Shown here piece by piece: positions 9,181-17,366 of a stretch of DNA of 25,510 bases. The translations under genes were made by a program, and so were the position numbers. A model generated the notes under the pieces. It saw nothing but the letters and a program-made list of their open reading frames with translations. It had not been told where the DNA came from and made no database searches. The first letter of the stretch is position 1. Each line of letters starts with the position of its first letter. Origin of the DNA: a virus (taxonomy: Duplodnaviria > Caudoviricetes); the IMG/VR virus record IMGVR_UViG_3300020043_002318, positions 1 to 25,510 of that record, one strand, 5' to 3'.

Positions 9181-9234
9181 TACGGCATGGGATAAAATAG
9201 GCAGGGGCCGCCATGCCGCAGAACGGCCCCCACC
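9181..9234 (-). other. structured intergenic RNA: terminator-like hairpin able to form an H-type pseudoknot
   Basis: S1 GGTGGGGGCCG/CGGCCCCTGCC followed by TATTTTAT; loop TGCGGCATGG pairs with downstream CCATGCCGTA. Confidence 0.6.
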
Positions 9235-9251
9235 ATGATAGCCCAGAGGGC

Positions 9252-9827
9252 TTACTTGTATACGACAGTACCGTAAGGAATTGTCGTGAACAGCGTTACA
9301 GGAGCTGTCGAAGTCATGAAGTCAGTGAAGTAGGTCGCAGCAAGCGTAATAGCGCTCTGCAATTTGAATCCTTCAAATGACAGCGTGACTCGATTGTATG
9401 TTTCACCAGCCTGAGTATAACCACCAGACTCGTTGCTGAGGCGCTGAGGGAATACACCAACCTTGCGCGCTGCTGTTCCTGACTCATTTCCGCCTCCGAC
9501 CTTACCACCACGAACAGCTACGATGAGCTTCTTGTTCTGTGCTGATCCTGTCTCTGATGTTCCGTCCTCGAGGAGCAGGTCCTCGATAGCACCAGCACCG
9601 AGATTCGATGCTGACTCGATAAACGCCTGCAGGGCTGCAGTGTCCTCGACGTGCTCGATAGATACCGAATAAGCACCAGAAGCTGCATCACGAGTGACGT
9701 CTGTGCTGATGATGTTGTCGGCAAGTTTGTAGAGTTGCGTGGAACCGACACCTACCGTGCCGGTATCTTCCACAGTCCATGCGGCGAAGACGTTACCGCC
9801 CGCGACGACGCGACGTGATAGTGACAT
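9252..9827 (-). CDS. putative major tail (tube) protein
   Basis: 191 aa; position before chaperone and tape measure; followed by a structured intergenic region; Gly/Ala/Thr-rich beta composition. Confidence 0.7.
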   Translation of the reverse strand: MSLSRRVVAGGNVFAAWTVEDTGTVGVGSTQLYKLADNIISTDVTRDAASGAYSVSIEHVEDTAALQAFIESASNLGAGAIEDLLLEDGTSETGSAQNKKLIVAVRGGKVGGGNESGTAARKVGVFPQRLSNESGGYTQAGETYNRVTLSFEGFKLQSAITLAATYFTDFMTSTAPVTLFTTIPYGTVVYK

Positions 9828-9828
9828 G

Positions 9829-10572
9829 TTACTTGTCCTTTGTTACATAATACATAAATGATCCAGCATCGCGGTGTATCATCTGTGTCCAGTAAATAAG
9901 CTGGGCATCATCCGTACAACCTGCGATCTCTTGTGCCAGCCCCTTGACATTGCGCTTGACTTTGGCCATCATCGAGTCGGCGTCGACTTCATAGCCTACA
10001 TGATGCACAAGTAGGGAGCAGGTTTCTATTGTTAGGCCCTGGCGTTCTATAGACCATCCTATTTGCTCATGTGCAGCACCCTCGAAAGCAAAGCCTTTGT
10101 AATTACGAAACACCCGACAGGTCGGGTTATGGTATCGCATTACACCTTCGTTTCCGTCATGCTTTGGCTGCACTCCCACGCAGCCACACACGAGCCCACC
10201 AACACCTGGTGGGTAAATAGAAAAGTCCTCGAACCACTCGTGCTGATGGGGCAGCAGACGGTCGTCGGCGTCTATCCACATGACCCATTCACGAGAGCAG
10301 AGACCAATGCAGAGGTTGCGAAGATTGGCGAAGTGGAGCTCTTGCCACTGCGTTGCGTAGTACCGCACCACTGTCCCGTTTTTCAACGTGACTGTCTTAC
10401 GCTCTACAACCTCTGGATTGTCACCCTGCTCATTCCACAGTACGACCAACTCGCAACCACTCGGAAGTGTTGCGATCATCTGCATTACATGGTGTGCTTC
10501 GCTCTTGTGAGCTATGCAGGCAAAGGAAATGTCAAGCTGTTTAGAGCTTGAGTTTTGGCTCGTTTCCGACAT
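9829..10572 (-). CDS. glycosyltransferase family 2 (GT-A fold)
   Basis: HFANLRN, EWVMWIDADDRL (DxD), RVFRN...FEGAAHE, HHVGY...KVKRN motifs. Confidence 0.9.
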   Translation of the reverse strand: MSETSQNSSSKQLDISFACIAHKSEAHHVMQMIATLPSGCELVVLWNEQGDNPEVVERKTVTLKNGTVVRYYATQWQELHFANLRNLCIGLCSREWVMWIDADDRLLPHQHEWFEDFSIYPPGVGGLVCGCVGVQPKHDGNEGVMRYHNPTCRVFRNYKGFAFEGAAHEQIGWSIERQGLTIETCSLLVHHVGYEVDADSMMAKVKRNVKGLAQEIAGCTDDAQLIYWTQMIHRDAGSFMYYVTKDK

Positions 10573-10780
10573 ATAAAACGACTTTAGTTTGTGAAGGTTC
10601 GCTAGGAAACTGCCCGATAATTATCTGCTGTATATCACGAACGAAGAACTCCAACACGGTCACACTAGTAACGTCACGAGGCTGATGATCGCTGAACAGG
10701 TCAGAATCTACACGCACGTCTATATCCCCATAGGCTGCATGGATTTGACGTAAATGATTAGATAGTTCGCTTATTCTCAT
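10541..10780 (-). CDS. small hypothetical protein
   Basis: 79 aa, MRISELSNHL...YGDIDV; ATGA-coupled to the upstream gene. Confidence 0.6.
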   Translation of the reverse strand: MRISELSNHLRQIHAAYGDIDVRVDSDLFSDHQPRDVTSVTVLEFFVRDIQQIIIGQFPSEPSQTKVVLYVGNEPKLKL

Positions 10781-11247
10781 GACTGCAGGTATGTAAATGT
10801 TGCCTCGTATAACAGTGCCACCTTGTCGCTCTTGTCATCGACGTAACCAGTGACGGAGTTGGTTTCGATAGCGTGCAGGGTTATGGTGTAACCTTGATTC
10901 GTAGTGTCTGAATACGGCAGAGCAGCCGCGACGTTGTCCATGACGACGTCCAGCTTTTCAGCAAGCACGCCGTGTGCCAGCGCAGCCGTGCCTAGTTCCT
11001 GCGAATCCAAAGGGTTCTTCTGGATAGCATAGCAGCCGATGCGCAGCTTGCGGAGTCCTGGCGTATATCTGGACTCTACTAAGTCTTCAGCGACGTCATC
11101 ACTGATGATGTTCGTGTAGACATTGGCCTTGGTATTGGATAGCACCGTTTCCTTCGTGAACACATTGACAGGGTTCAACGTATAATCTTCAGCGAGCTTC
11201 TCCCGCACAAGGTCGAGGGCTATTTCATATTTAGATGTTTTACTCAT
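10777..11247 (-). CDS. putative tail terminator/completion protein
   Basis: 156 aa; position after the neck protein; ends in a beta strand (YEATFTY) as tail terminators do. Confidence 0.55.
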   Translation of the reverse strand: MSKTSKYEIALDLVREKLAEDYTLNPVNVFTKETVLSNTKANVYTNIISDDVAEDLVESRYTPGLRKLRIGCYAIQKNPLDSQELGTAALAHGVLAEKLDVVMDNVAAALPYSDTTNQGYTITLHAIETNSVTGYVDDKSDKVALLYEATFTYLQS

Positions 11248-11708
11248 GATGATGCGGCCTGTGATAACTTGCGGAGCATGATCTCGATAATCTTCGGTAA
11301 TGTTTCCTTCTCGAAATCCTTGATGGCTGGCGTTATGTACGGTCGTGCCGGTATTGTCGACATCAGGTTCCGCCCTGCTTGCCCGCCATATTCATGGATG
11401 CGGGCATAGGGAATGATATCTAAGTCAATACCCCAGACAAAGGAATAAGTATCTCCAGCCTGCTTGAACTGTGACGAGTTGCCTCGTGCTTTGTAGACTG
11501 TTGCAGCCTTGAACAGGTTACCTGTCACAAGGTTCAATTTCGACGCAGTGCTTGGGTATTTAGGTGCTCTGTTTGTGACGCCATAGTGGTCTGACACGTT
11601 AGCACCGAGAGCCGTCTGGATGCGCTGCGGGTCGAAAGCATCCTTTGCCAGCGTAGGCAGCAGGCCCAAGATATTCCGCACGTACTGGTCGACAGTTATC
11701 ACAGCCAT
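11244..11708 (-). CDS. virion morphogenesis / neck protein (Mu gpG, HK97 gp10-like)
   Basis: TGNL...PYARIHEYGG...IPARPY motifs. Confidence 0.85.
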   Translation of the reverse strand: MAVITVDQYVRNILGLLPTLAKDAFDPQRIQTALGANVSDHYGVTNRAPKYPSTASKLNLVTGNLFKAATVYKARGNSSQFKQAGDTYSFVWGIDLDIIPYARIHEYGGQAGRNLMSTIPARPYITPAIKDFEKETLPKIIEIMLRKLSQAASS

Positions 11709-12277
11709 GCCCTTACAATATACGGTGCAAGTCGAGAACGGAAACGAGCAGTCAGGTCTTTATAGATTGTCGTCGTTGTTGTGCCACCTTCGGCGCTGGC
11801 CACCGACTGCAAACCTAGACGGTTCTCACGACCTGAAAAGTCTGTGTTCTTGAACAGCTCGAGCACCATCTCACCACAGACACTCTTGATGTCGTAGGGA
11901 CAGGTGGCGTCGGTGTAACCTATGGTGACGTTGGCACGCCAGACAGGATAGGTCAGGCCGTCCTCATAGTACACCTGATACACGCCGTCAGCCTTGACGA
12001 TGATAGCACCCGTGGCTGTTGTCCAAGCAGCATCAAGCACGTCTTCCTTGTACTGTAGTGACGACAGCGTCGTGGTCACAGTATACGGCAGCAGTTGCGT
12101 CTGCCCGTTGCTTCCAATGAAGTCGTAGGGACCCGTCTGCTCGACTATCGGCTGTTTGCAAATGCCGTCAATCATTGCACCGGCTTGATTGATGAGGGCC
12201 TGCAGGCGTGTGTCCTGTGAGCTATCCCCGATGTTGAGCCAGTTGGCTTTGAGTTCCGTGACTGTTAGAAGTGCCAT
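11699..12277 (-). CDS. head-tail adaptor (HK97 gp6 / SPP1 gp15-like, extended)
   Basis: N-terminal LLTVTELK..L.I....D..LQALI.QA...I...C; internal GY....P.DIK; C-terminal LAPY. Confidence 0.85.
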   Translation of the reverse strand: MALLTVTELKANWLNIGDSSQDTRLQALINQAGAMIDGICKQPIVEQTGPYDFIGSNGQTQLLPYTVTTTLSSLQYKEDVLDAAWTTATGAIIVKADGVYQVYYEDGLTYPVWRANVTIGYTDATCPYDIKSVCGEMVLELFKNTDFSGRENRLGLQSVASAEGGTTTTTIYKDLTARFRSRLAPYIVRAWL

Positions 12278-12278
12278 C

Positions 12279-12740
12279 TTATTTTATCCCCACGACGTCG
12301 AAAATTGCTTGGTCTGTTATGTTCAGTTCTTTAGGCAGGCGAGCAGACAAGACAAGGTCTTTTGAGAATGTCTTGACATTTACCGCGTCGGCTTGGTTGC
12401 CACCAAGCAAATAGATACTATTCGTCGTTTCACCAGTGTAGAATCCGACGTGGTGGCCACCTTTGCGCTTGAGTATTACGACAGCACCATACTGAAGTGG
12501 TACTTCGTTGCCCCACTTCATCCATGACTTTGCTGCTGCCGACTTGGTAATCGGATAACCAGCACGAGCCATGACCCAATTCACGAACGAAGAACACCAA
12601 GGAACTTCGTCCTGCTTGGCCTTGAGCGTCGTCATGGCATGGTACTCGAGGATGCGAGGGGTATGTGAGGAGATGCCTGTGATCTCTTTCACACCCTTCT
12701 CACCCTCGGCAATCTTAAGCCATGTGTATTTAGGTGTCAA
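12279..12740 (-). CDS. TIGR02594-family NlpC/P60-CHAP-like cell wall hydrolase (probable endolysin)
   Basis: W..IAE.E.GVKE, DEVPWCSSFVNW, SAAAKSW..WG, GHHVGF, LLGGNQ.D.V. Start moved to TTG 12740 (GGAAAGG upstream) rather than track 12842. Confidence 0.85.
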   Translation of the reverse strand: MTPKYTWLKIAEGEKGVKEITGISSHTPRILEYHAMTTLKAKQDEVPWCSSFVNWVMARAGYPITKSAAAKSWMKWGNEVPLQYGAVVILKRKGGHHVGFYTGETTNSIYLLGGNQADAVNVKTFSKDLVLSARLPKELNITDQAIFDVVGIK

Positions 12741-13020
12741 GCTGGTTGCCTTTCCAAGTCTTGTAGGTCTGCCATGCCATTTCTTCGAATAACCTTGTCC
12801 GCTCCTCGTTGTGTTCCTGACCTGTTGCAGCTTCGAAGGCATGAAACCACTCGTGAAGAAACGTCTTTATTTGCGTCTCGTATGTTGTCAGCTTGCCGTC
12901 GATGTGGGTGGCGATGCGAATTGTGTGCTTGTCAGAGTCGCACTCGCCGTAAGCACCGCGCATCTTGCACAGTCTGACACGCCAGGTATGACCTCCGAGT
13001 TTGAACGAAGTGGGGATCAT
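12730..13020 (-). CDS. small HExxH zinc metallopeptidase-like protein
   Basis: 96 aa; IP.SFKLGGHTW.V, YGEC, TFLHEWFHA...E. Confidence 0.75.
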   Translation of the reverse strand: MIPTSFKLGGHTWRVRLCKMRGAYGECDSDKHTIRIATHIDGKLTTYETQIKTFLHEWFHAFEAATGQEHNEERTRLFEEMAWQTYKTWKGNQLDT

Positions 13021-14081
13021 CGTATCTCTCCCCCTATTATCATCTTGTTGTGAACTGTGAAATCGCCTGTGCTGTCAACATCGACGATGGCAAAGCCGTG
13101 ATTCCAGCCGTTTCTGGCCGCATAGTGGGTGTTTAGGTCGCATAGGCAACCCACAGACCACCCACCAATATACGAGCCGTCCAGCGGCTTTCTTATGACG
13201 TCCGTCGATGTTCTGTGTACGTGCCCGACGAGGATGTTCTCGATGGCCTTCATGCGGTAATTTCGTGCCGGTGTTACGCCACCACCACCAAACCACTCGT
13301 GGCCGTGGTCTATCCACAGCTTGCCTGCTGTCATCTTGGCTCTCTTGTCCACCCATTCAATATTCAGAGCCCGCAGCCCCAAGAACTCCTCGAGATGCAC
13401 AGTGCCCTCGAGTTCCTTGGCCTTGCGTGCTATGTACCGTCCGTACCTCTCCTCGTGGTTTCCTTCACGGTACACGATGCGCTGCTTGTCACCGAAGAAC
13501 CGACGCAGATGCTGCAGCATTGCCTTTGCAACGTCCAGCTCCCACTTCCACGAACGACGTGCTTCGACCTTCTCATGGTCGCTCAGGTTGTAGACGTCCA
13601 GCATGTCACCGTTCAAGACAATCACGTCACACTGGCTGTTCTTGAGCGTCTCGATGGCAGTCATATAAGCGCCGTAAAAATTGCCGTCTCCATCACGCTT
13701 GAGATCGTGGAACGGCCAGTGCGCATCACTGATGATGCCAATACGACCAGTCTGCAGTTCGCAGACCTTGTCTTCCCTGAGCTCGCCCTTGATAGGTTCA
13801 AAATCAGGGACAGCACCGCGAGGAATCACCGGCGATTCTATCGCCAGCAGTTCTTCGTCGGCTTGTGCCTGACGTTCGCGGATGCCCTTGAACCCTCTCA
13901 CCTTGCGACCGATGTGCTCGAGGTGTTCCTGCGAGTTTGCGTAGCTGTGAGCGTTTCTTGTCCTGGCCCCTGTAGTTTCCCCGCCTCGACGCTTTGCGTC
14001 GTCTATACGGCCTTTGCGGGCCTGTGAGATAGCATCCTGTGCAATCTCCCACTCTTCGGATGTAAGGCGTGGACGCGGCAT
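13017..14081 (-). CDS. calcineurin-like metallophosphoesterase
   Basis: All five motifs present: SDAH, NGDMLD, GNHE, HGHE, GHVH. Confidence 0.92.
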   Translation of the reverse strand: MPRPRLTSEEWEIAQDAISQARKGRIDDAKRRGGETTGARTRNAHSYANSQEHLEHIGRKVRGFKGIRERQAQADEELLAIESPVIPRGAVPDFEPIKGELREDKVCELQTGRIGIISDAHWPFHDLKRDGDGNFYGAYMTAIETLKNSQCDVIVLNGDMLDVYNLSDHEKVEARRSWKWELDVAKAMLQHLRRFFGDKQRIVYREGNHEERYGRYIARKAKELEGTVHLEEFLGLRALNIEWVDKRAKMTAGKLWIDHGHEWFGGGGVTPARNYRMKAIENILVGHVHRTSTDVIRKPLDGSYIGGWSVGCLCDLNTHYAARNGWNHGFAIVDVDSTGDFTVHNKMIIGGEIR

Positions 14082-14092
14082 GACCTACGGCC

Positions 14093-14257
14093 TTAGTTAT
14101 TAGATGGCTTATCAGCAGAGAAATAGCCGATGGCAAAGAGTGCCAGGGAGATGATCGAGCTTGTTACAATCTCAGGAATGTAAAAGCCCCAGATGGCATG
14201 AACGCCATAGGCAACAGCAGCGACGATTCCCGAGACAGTTGTTTTCCAGTCCTTCAT
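14093..14257 (-). CDS. putative holin (2 TM helices; frame also open upstream to GTG 14461)
   Basis: MKDWKTTVSGIVAAVAYGV...IISLALFAIGYFSADK; AAGGG upstream of ATG 14257; lies near the hydrolase gene. Confidence 0.7.
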   Translation of the reverse strand: MKDWKTTVSGIVAAVAYGVHAIWGFYIPEIVTSSIISLALFAIGYFSADKPSNN

Positions 14258-14297
14258 GAGAAGACCCTTAATGATTGAATACAGGTGTCTAACTATT

Positions 14298-14334
14298 CCG
14301 AATATACTTGGCTTCGCTTTTGAATTATCCACAA
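14298..14334 (-). promoter_or_regulatory. candidate late promoter with perfect DnaA box upstream of holin/lysis block
   Basis: TTGTGGATAA (box 14333-14325)-N18-TATATTCGG. Confidence 0.6.
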
Positions 14335-14441
14335 CCTCGGGCTGCTCCATGTTGAAGGGCAGCCTGTTCACCGGTATCATCGCGCCGAACTCGTGCGGCC
14401 TCTCTATCTTATTCCGCAGCTCGACTCTGGTGATAAGTGGC

Positions 14442-14729
14442 TCACTGTCCAGATTTGACACGTTTATAGACCTTTTTTTGTGGCGGTGGCGTACTCGTCC
14501 GCTCCTCCAACCTTACCAGCCGCTCGATAATTTCTACGATGCGCTGTGTAATTAGCTCGTCGGATTTCTTGAGAGAGATTATTTCTTGCGTCGTGTTGCT
14601 CATAACTTCGTGCATGGCAATCACGTTGTCGCGTGTGTCACGGAAGTCATTGACCAGCGACTTCACCCAGAAACCAATGATCGCGAGCATGGTGCTCATA
14701 ATCACACCGAATAGCATCTCTATCGTCAT
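14442..14729 (-). CDS. membrane protein, N-terminal TM plus coiled coil (lysis-associated?)
   Basis: 95 aa; hydrophobic aa 3-22, heptad region ending ERLVRLEE, basic C-terminus. Confidence 0.6.
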   Translation of the reverse strand: MTIEMLFGVIMSTMLAIIGFWVKSLVNDFRDTRDNVIAMHEVMSNTTQEIISLKKSDELITQRIVEIIERLVRLEERTSTPPPQKKVYKRVKSGQ

Positions 14730-14986
14730 GGCTGTTCTCCAAACAACGGCGGCGCGGGCTTTGGTTCGTATACGATCATGTCCAGTTCCTTAACCCACAA
14801 GAACGTCGGGTTGCTGCAATACGCAATCTCCTCAGCACTCAATACCCAAACGTCGTTGATGTCCTGTATAGGGTTAAAGTATGAGTCCGTTTGGAACGTC
14901 TGGCCTTGCAAGCTCTGCGCTTGCTCGGGTGTAAGAACGCCAACGTAGGTGGCAAGTTCGGCAATGGGGATTTGTGTTAGTTTCAT
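14726..14986 (-). CDS. hypothetical protein, possible fibre partner/chaperone
   Basis: 86 aa acidic protein; ATGA-coupled directly after the lectin-like gene. Confidence 0.6.
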   Translation of the reverse strand: MKLTQIPIAELATYVGVLTPEQAQSLQGQTFQTDSYFNPIQDINDVWVLSAEEIAYCSNPTFLWVKELDMIVYEPKPAPPLFGEQP

Positions 14987-15813
14987 ACGTTGCGTCCTAG
15001 TCTTCGTTGGTAAAGGTCTACGATGTTATACAGGTTCGTTGCGTCGGTGTCGGTGAGACCGTCACCGATGGTGACAAAAGCTAAATTTCTATTTGAATAA
15101 GCGTCTGCTGTGCCTTGATTGTTGCGAGCGCCAACGTATAATTTTCTATTTGTTGTTGTCCATCCGGAGGTACTAGCTGTATTTGATCCGATTTGTGTAT
15201 TGTTTTTAATTACCCGAAAATCATTTAGTCCAGTACGTGTTGCTACATAATAACCTGTACCGTTTGTATTACTTGCTTCAATTTGTGCTGTACGGTACAT
15301 ATATGACAAACAGATATTTTCATAGCCCGGCTCAGAATATCTATTAAGATGCCAGAAATAACCAGTCGAAGACATTCCTCCAATATCACATCCACTAGTT
15401 CCATCTGTTCTACTATAATTTGAATGATGAGTAGAATTTTCAGTAAGATTCGTTGTAGGAATTAAAAACGTATCTGCAAAAGCATTTGTACCATTTGATG
15501 TAACGCCATTGGCATTATGCGTCCACCCTCCCGAAAACGTTAACCGAAAAGCCGCATCTGCATTGCGTGGGTCTTTTAGGTTATACATGTGCGACGTAGC
15601 AGTACCCCCGACAAACGGGTATATCGCTTTCATCTTCGACCACAGCCCAACACGCTTCAACGACCTAACCAAGTTCACGATAGCCCGTTGCTGGTTCGCG
15701 TTGTAAATTTGCGCCGCTTCCAAAAACGCCAGCGCATCACGATCAGTAGACGCTGTTACGCCCTTCGTGAAGTGCTGCTCAATTGTGTTGTATCGTAGCG
15801 AACGAACGCTCAT
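14983..15813 (-). CDS. putative virion fibre protein with concanavalin A/LamG-like domain
   Basis: 276 aa; G.TSNGTNAFADT, KNNTQIG, LYVGARN, GDGLTDTDA.NLY pattern of LamG-like sandwiches. Confidence 0.6.
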   Translation of the reverse strand: MSVRSLRYNTIEQHFTKGVTASTDRDALAFLEAAQIYNANQQRAIVNLVRSLKRVGLWSKMKAIYPFVGGTATSHMYNLKDPRNADAAFRLTFSGGWTHNANGVTSNGTNAFADTFLIPTTNLTENSTHHSNYSRTDGTSGCDIGGMSSTGYFWHLNRYSEPGYENICLSYMYRTAQIEASNTNGTGYYVATRTGLNDFRVIKNNTQIGSNTASTSGWTTTNRKLYVGARNNQGTADAYSNRNLAFVTIGDGLTDTDATNLYNIVDLYQRRLGRNV

Positions 15814-16145
15814 TAGCTAATCTCGCACCCGTAAGCAGAGAACACGAGGTTATTTGCATTTGATGACCGCACTGTTATCACGTCGGTAGCTGCAAGCGTT
15901 ATGCCTAGCGTCAACGTAACGCTGTCATTAGCCGCAACAGTTACGTCGTAGGCAATGTAATGCTGATTTGCTAGGGTTGCGCCTGCGGGTCGGATGGCGA
16001 TGCGGTAGGTGTAGTTGGTTGCGCTGATATTAGCAACGACAATCGTACTTACTACCGTAGATGTTGCACTCGGTACGGTGTAGAGCGTTGTCGCATTGGT
16101 GTCTGCAGGGACGGATTGTCCGAGCACCTTGTAAGTATTTGGCAC
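15813..16145 (-). CDS. small beta-sandwich virion protein
   Basis: GTG start; MPNTYKVLGQ...TTLYTVP...LTLGITLAATDVITVRSS...FSAYGCEIS. Confidence 0.7.
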   Translation of the reverse strand: MPNTYKVLGQSVPADTNATTLYTVPSATSTVVSTIVVANISATNYTYRIAIRPAGATLANQHYIAYDVTVAANDSVTLTLGITLAATDVITVRSSNANNLVFSAYGCEIS

Positions 16146-16146
16146 G

Positions 16147-16404
16147 TTAGGCCCCCATCAGTAGAAATTCATTCAAAGTAGCGGCAGCGCTGCCAGTTGC
16201 AGTCAAGTCATACTCCGTGCCTGAATCATTCTTGGCGTAAATCTTCCCGTCTGTCTTGGCGTAAATAACCAGCGATCCAGACGAAGGAGTAGCCAGAGAA
16301 GAACCCTGCTCCGTAAATGATGCGCCCTGACCGTTTACGAGCACGTCCGTATTAACATGCTCGGCAAGCTGTGAAGGCCCGACGATTGGTCTTTTGTTCG
16401 CCAT
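16147..16404 (-). CDS. short fibre/adaptor-like protein
   Basis: 85 aa; TPSSG..VIYAKTDGKIYAKNDSGTEYDL fibre-shaft-like segment; hydrophobic C-terminus FLLMGA. Confidence 0.65.
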   Translation of the reverse strand: MANKRPIVGPSQLAEHVNTDVLVNGQGASFTEQGSSLATPSSGSLVIYAKTDGKIYAKNDSGTEYDLTATGSAAATLNEFLLMGA

Positions 16405-16407
16405 ACG

Positions 16408-16917
16408 TTAGGCCAGCGTAATAGGCATCATTGGCTTAAATACTACGGCTGTGCTCGAAACACCAATGCCGATTTCTTGAGAGAGATAGCCCGCTGTTGT
16501 TGGAGCCGTAGCAGTTGATGCGCCTGCTGTCGCTCCGCTGAGATAGCGAGGAACGCCCGGAGTGATTGACGTAAGGCCGGTGATATCTCCGCTCAAATAT
16601 ACCGTCGCATTTGCAGGGCTTGTTACTGCGTCCAATACGAAACCATGAGCACGACGTCCGTTGCTTGCATCTGCCTTACGTGCCTTGCGTGTTCCCGAAT
16701 CGTCGAAGATGTTTACAAGATCGCCTGCGCTTAGGTTCTCGGATGTGGCCATTACTTCAGTATCGGCTCCGATACCTGACGGCATCATCGACGAGTCAAT
16801 CTTACCAGACGAATCCAGACCGATAATTTTACCGGCATCGCCTGCGCCTGCCGATGTTGTTGTTGCTTCGACTTCAGCGAGTTGTCCGCTGTTGTTCTTT
16901 ATATACTTTGCTGCCAT
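16408..16917 (-). CDS. putative head fibre/cement protein (DUF2190-like C-terminal domain)
   Basis: LDSSGKIDSSMMP fibre motif; SENLSAGDLV...KADA...AHGFV...YLS...TATAP. Confidence 0.6.
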   Translation of the reverse strand: MAAKYIKNNSGQLAEVEATTTSAGAGDAGKIIGLDSSGKIDSSMMPSGIGADTEVMATSENLSAGDLVNIFDDSGTRKARKADASNGRRAHGFVLDAVTSPANATVYLSGDITGLTSITPGVPRYLSGATAGASTATAPTTAGYLSQEIGIGVSSTAVVFKPMMPITLA

Positions 16918-16919
16918 GT

Positions 16920-17366
16920 TTACACCGTTGTGATTATTGTGTCGATGTCGATTAAAATCTTTGTTGCTGTTATTGCTTTTGCTACGTGCACGACGATAGA
17001 ACCACCGCTCGGGGCCGTCTGTGTGAGCACTCCATTAGCGCCTAGGTAGATAGCGCCCTTCGTCCATGACCATGATGCGTCGGAGAGTTCGCCGGTAGTC
17101 TTGACTGTTATCGTCTCGCCTGAGCTGCCAGATGTCGTGCTTACGCCGATGACTACAGCATTCGCTAGTGTGTCAGGTGTTGCATAGACGGCCTGCCCAC
17201 TGCCGTTGGTTGTGATGCACCGCAGTGCAGAGATAGACTCTCCAGCGACGAGGCTGGTGTCAATGTTGGCAGCGACTATACCGCCACTTAATATATCGAG
17301 TGTAATGTCCTGCTCGACAAGATTGACCTGCACTGTGTTGTTCAGTACATTGACCGTCGTGCTCAA
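16920..17366 (-). CDS. putative head fibre/cement protein, paralog-like of 16408..16917
   Basis: TTG start overlapping the upstream TGA; AGESISALR...VIGVS...IYLGANGVLTQTAP. Confidence 0.6.
   Translation of the reverse strand: MSTTVNVLNNTVQVNLVEQDITLDILSGGIVAANIDTSLVAGESISALRCITTNGSGQAVYATPDTLANAVVIGVSTTSGSSGETITVKTTGELSDASWSWTKGAIYLGANGVLTQTAPSGGSIVVHVAKAITATKILIDIDTIITTV

Noticed and set aside
9231-9254. Pseudoknot-stimulated readthrough or frameshift extending the tail tube protein
   Set aside because: The structure begins about 17 nt after the stop, there is no slippery site, and the intergenic region is too short to encode an Ig-like extension.
10272-10280. CTATCCACA near-match DnaA box (also 13310-13318)
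   Set aside because: Explained by Trp-Ile-Asp codons; lacks the AT flank and the TAnnTT element at +18.
12741-12842. N-terminal extension of the TIGR02594 ORF
   Set aside because: Overlaps the HExxH gene; family similarity starts near TTG 12740, which has a purine-rich RBS.
13215-14027. Long plus-strand ORFs (this one, 7627..8217, 10063..10551 and others)
   Set aside because: Antisense shadows of well-supported minus-strand genes, with no motifs or expression signals.
14791-14799. TAACCCACA as a fifth promoter (similar weak matches near 2333 and 4513)
   Set aside because: Mismatched boxes with no TAnnTT element at the 18-nt spacing.
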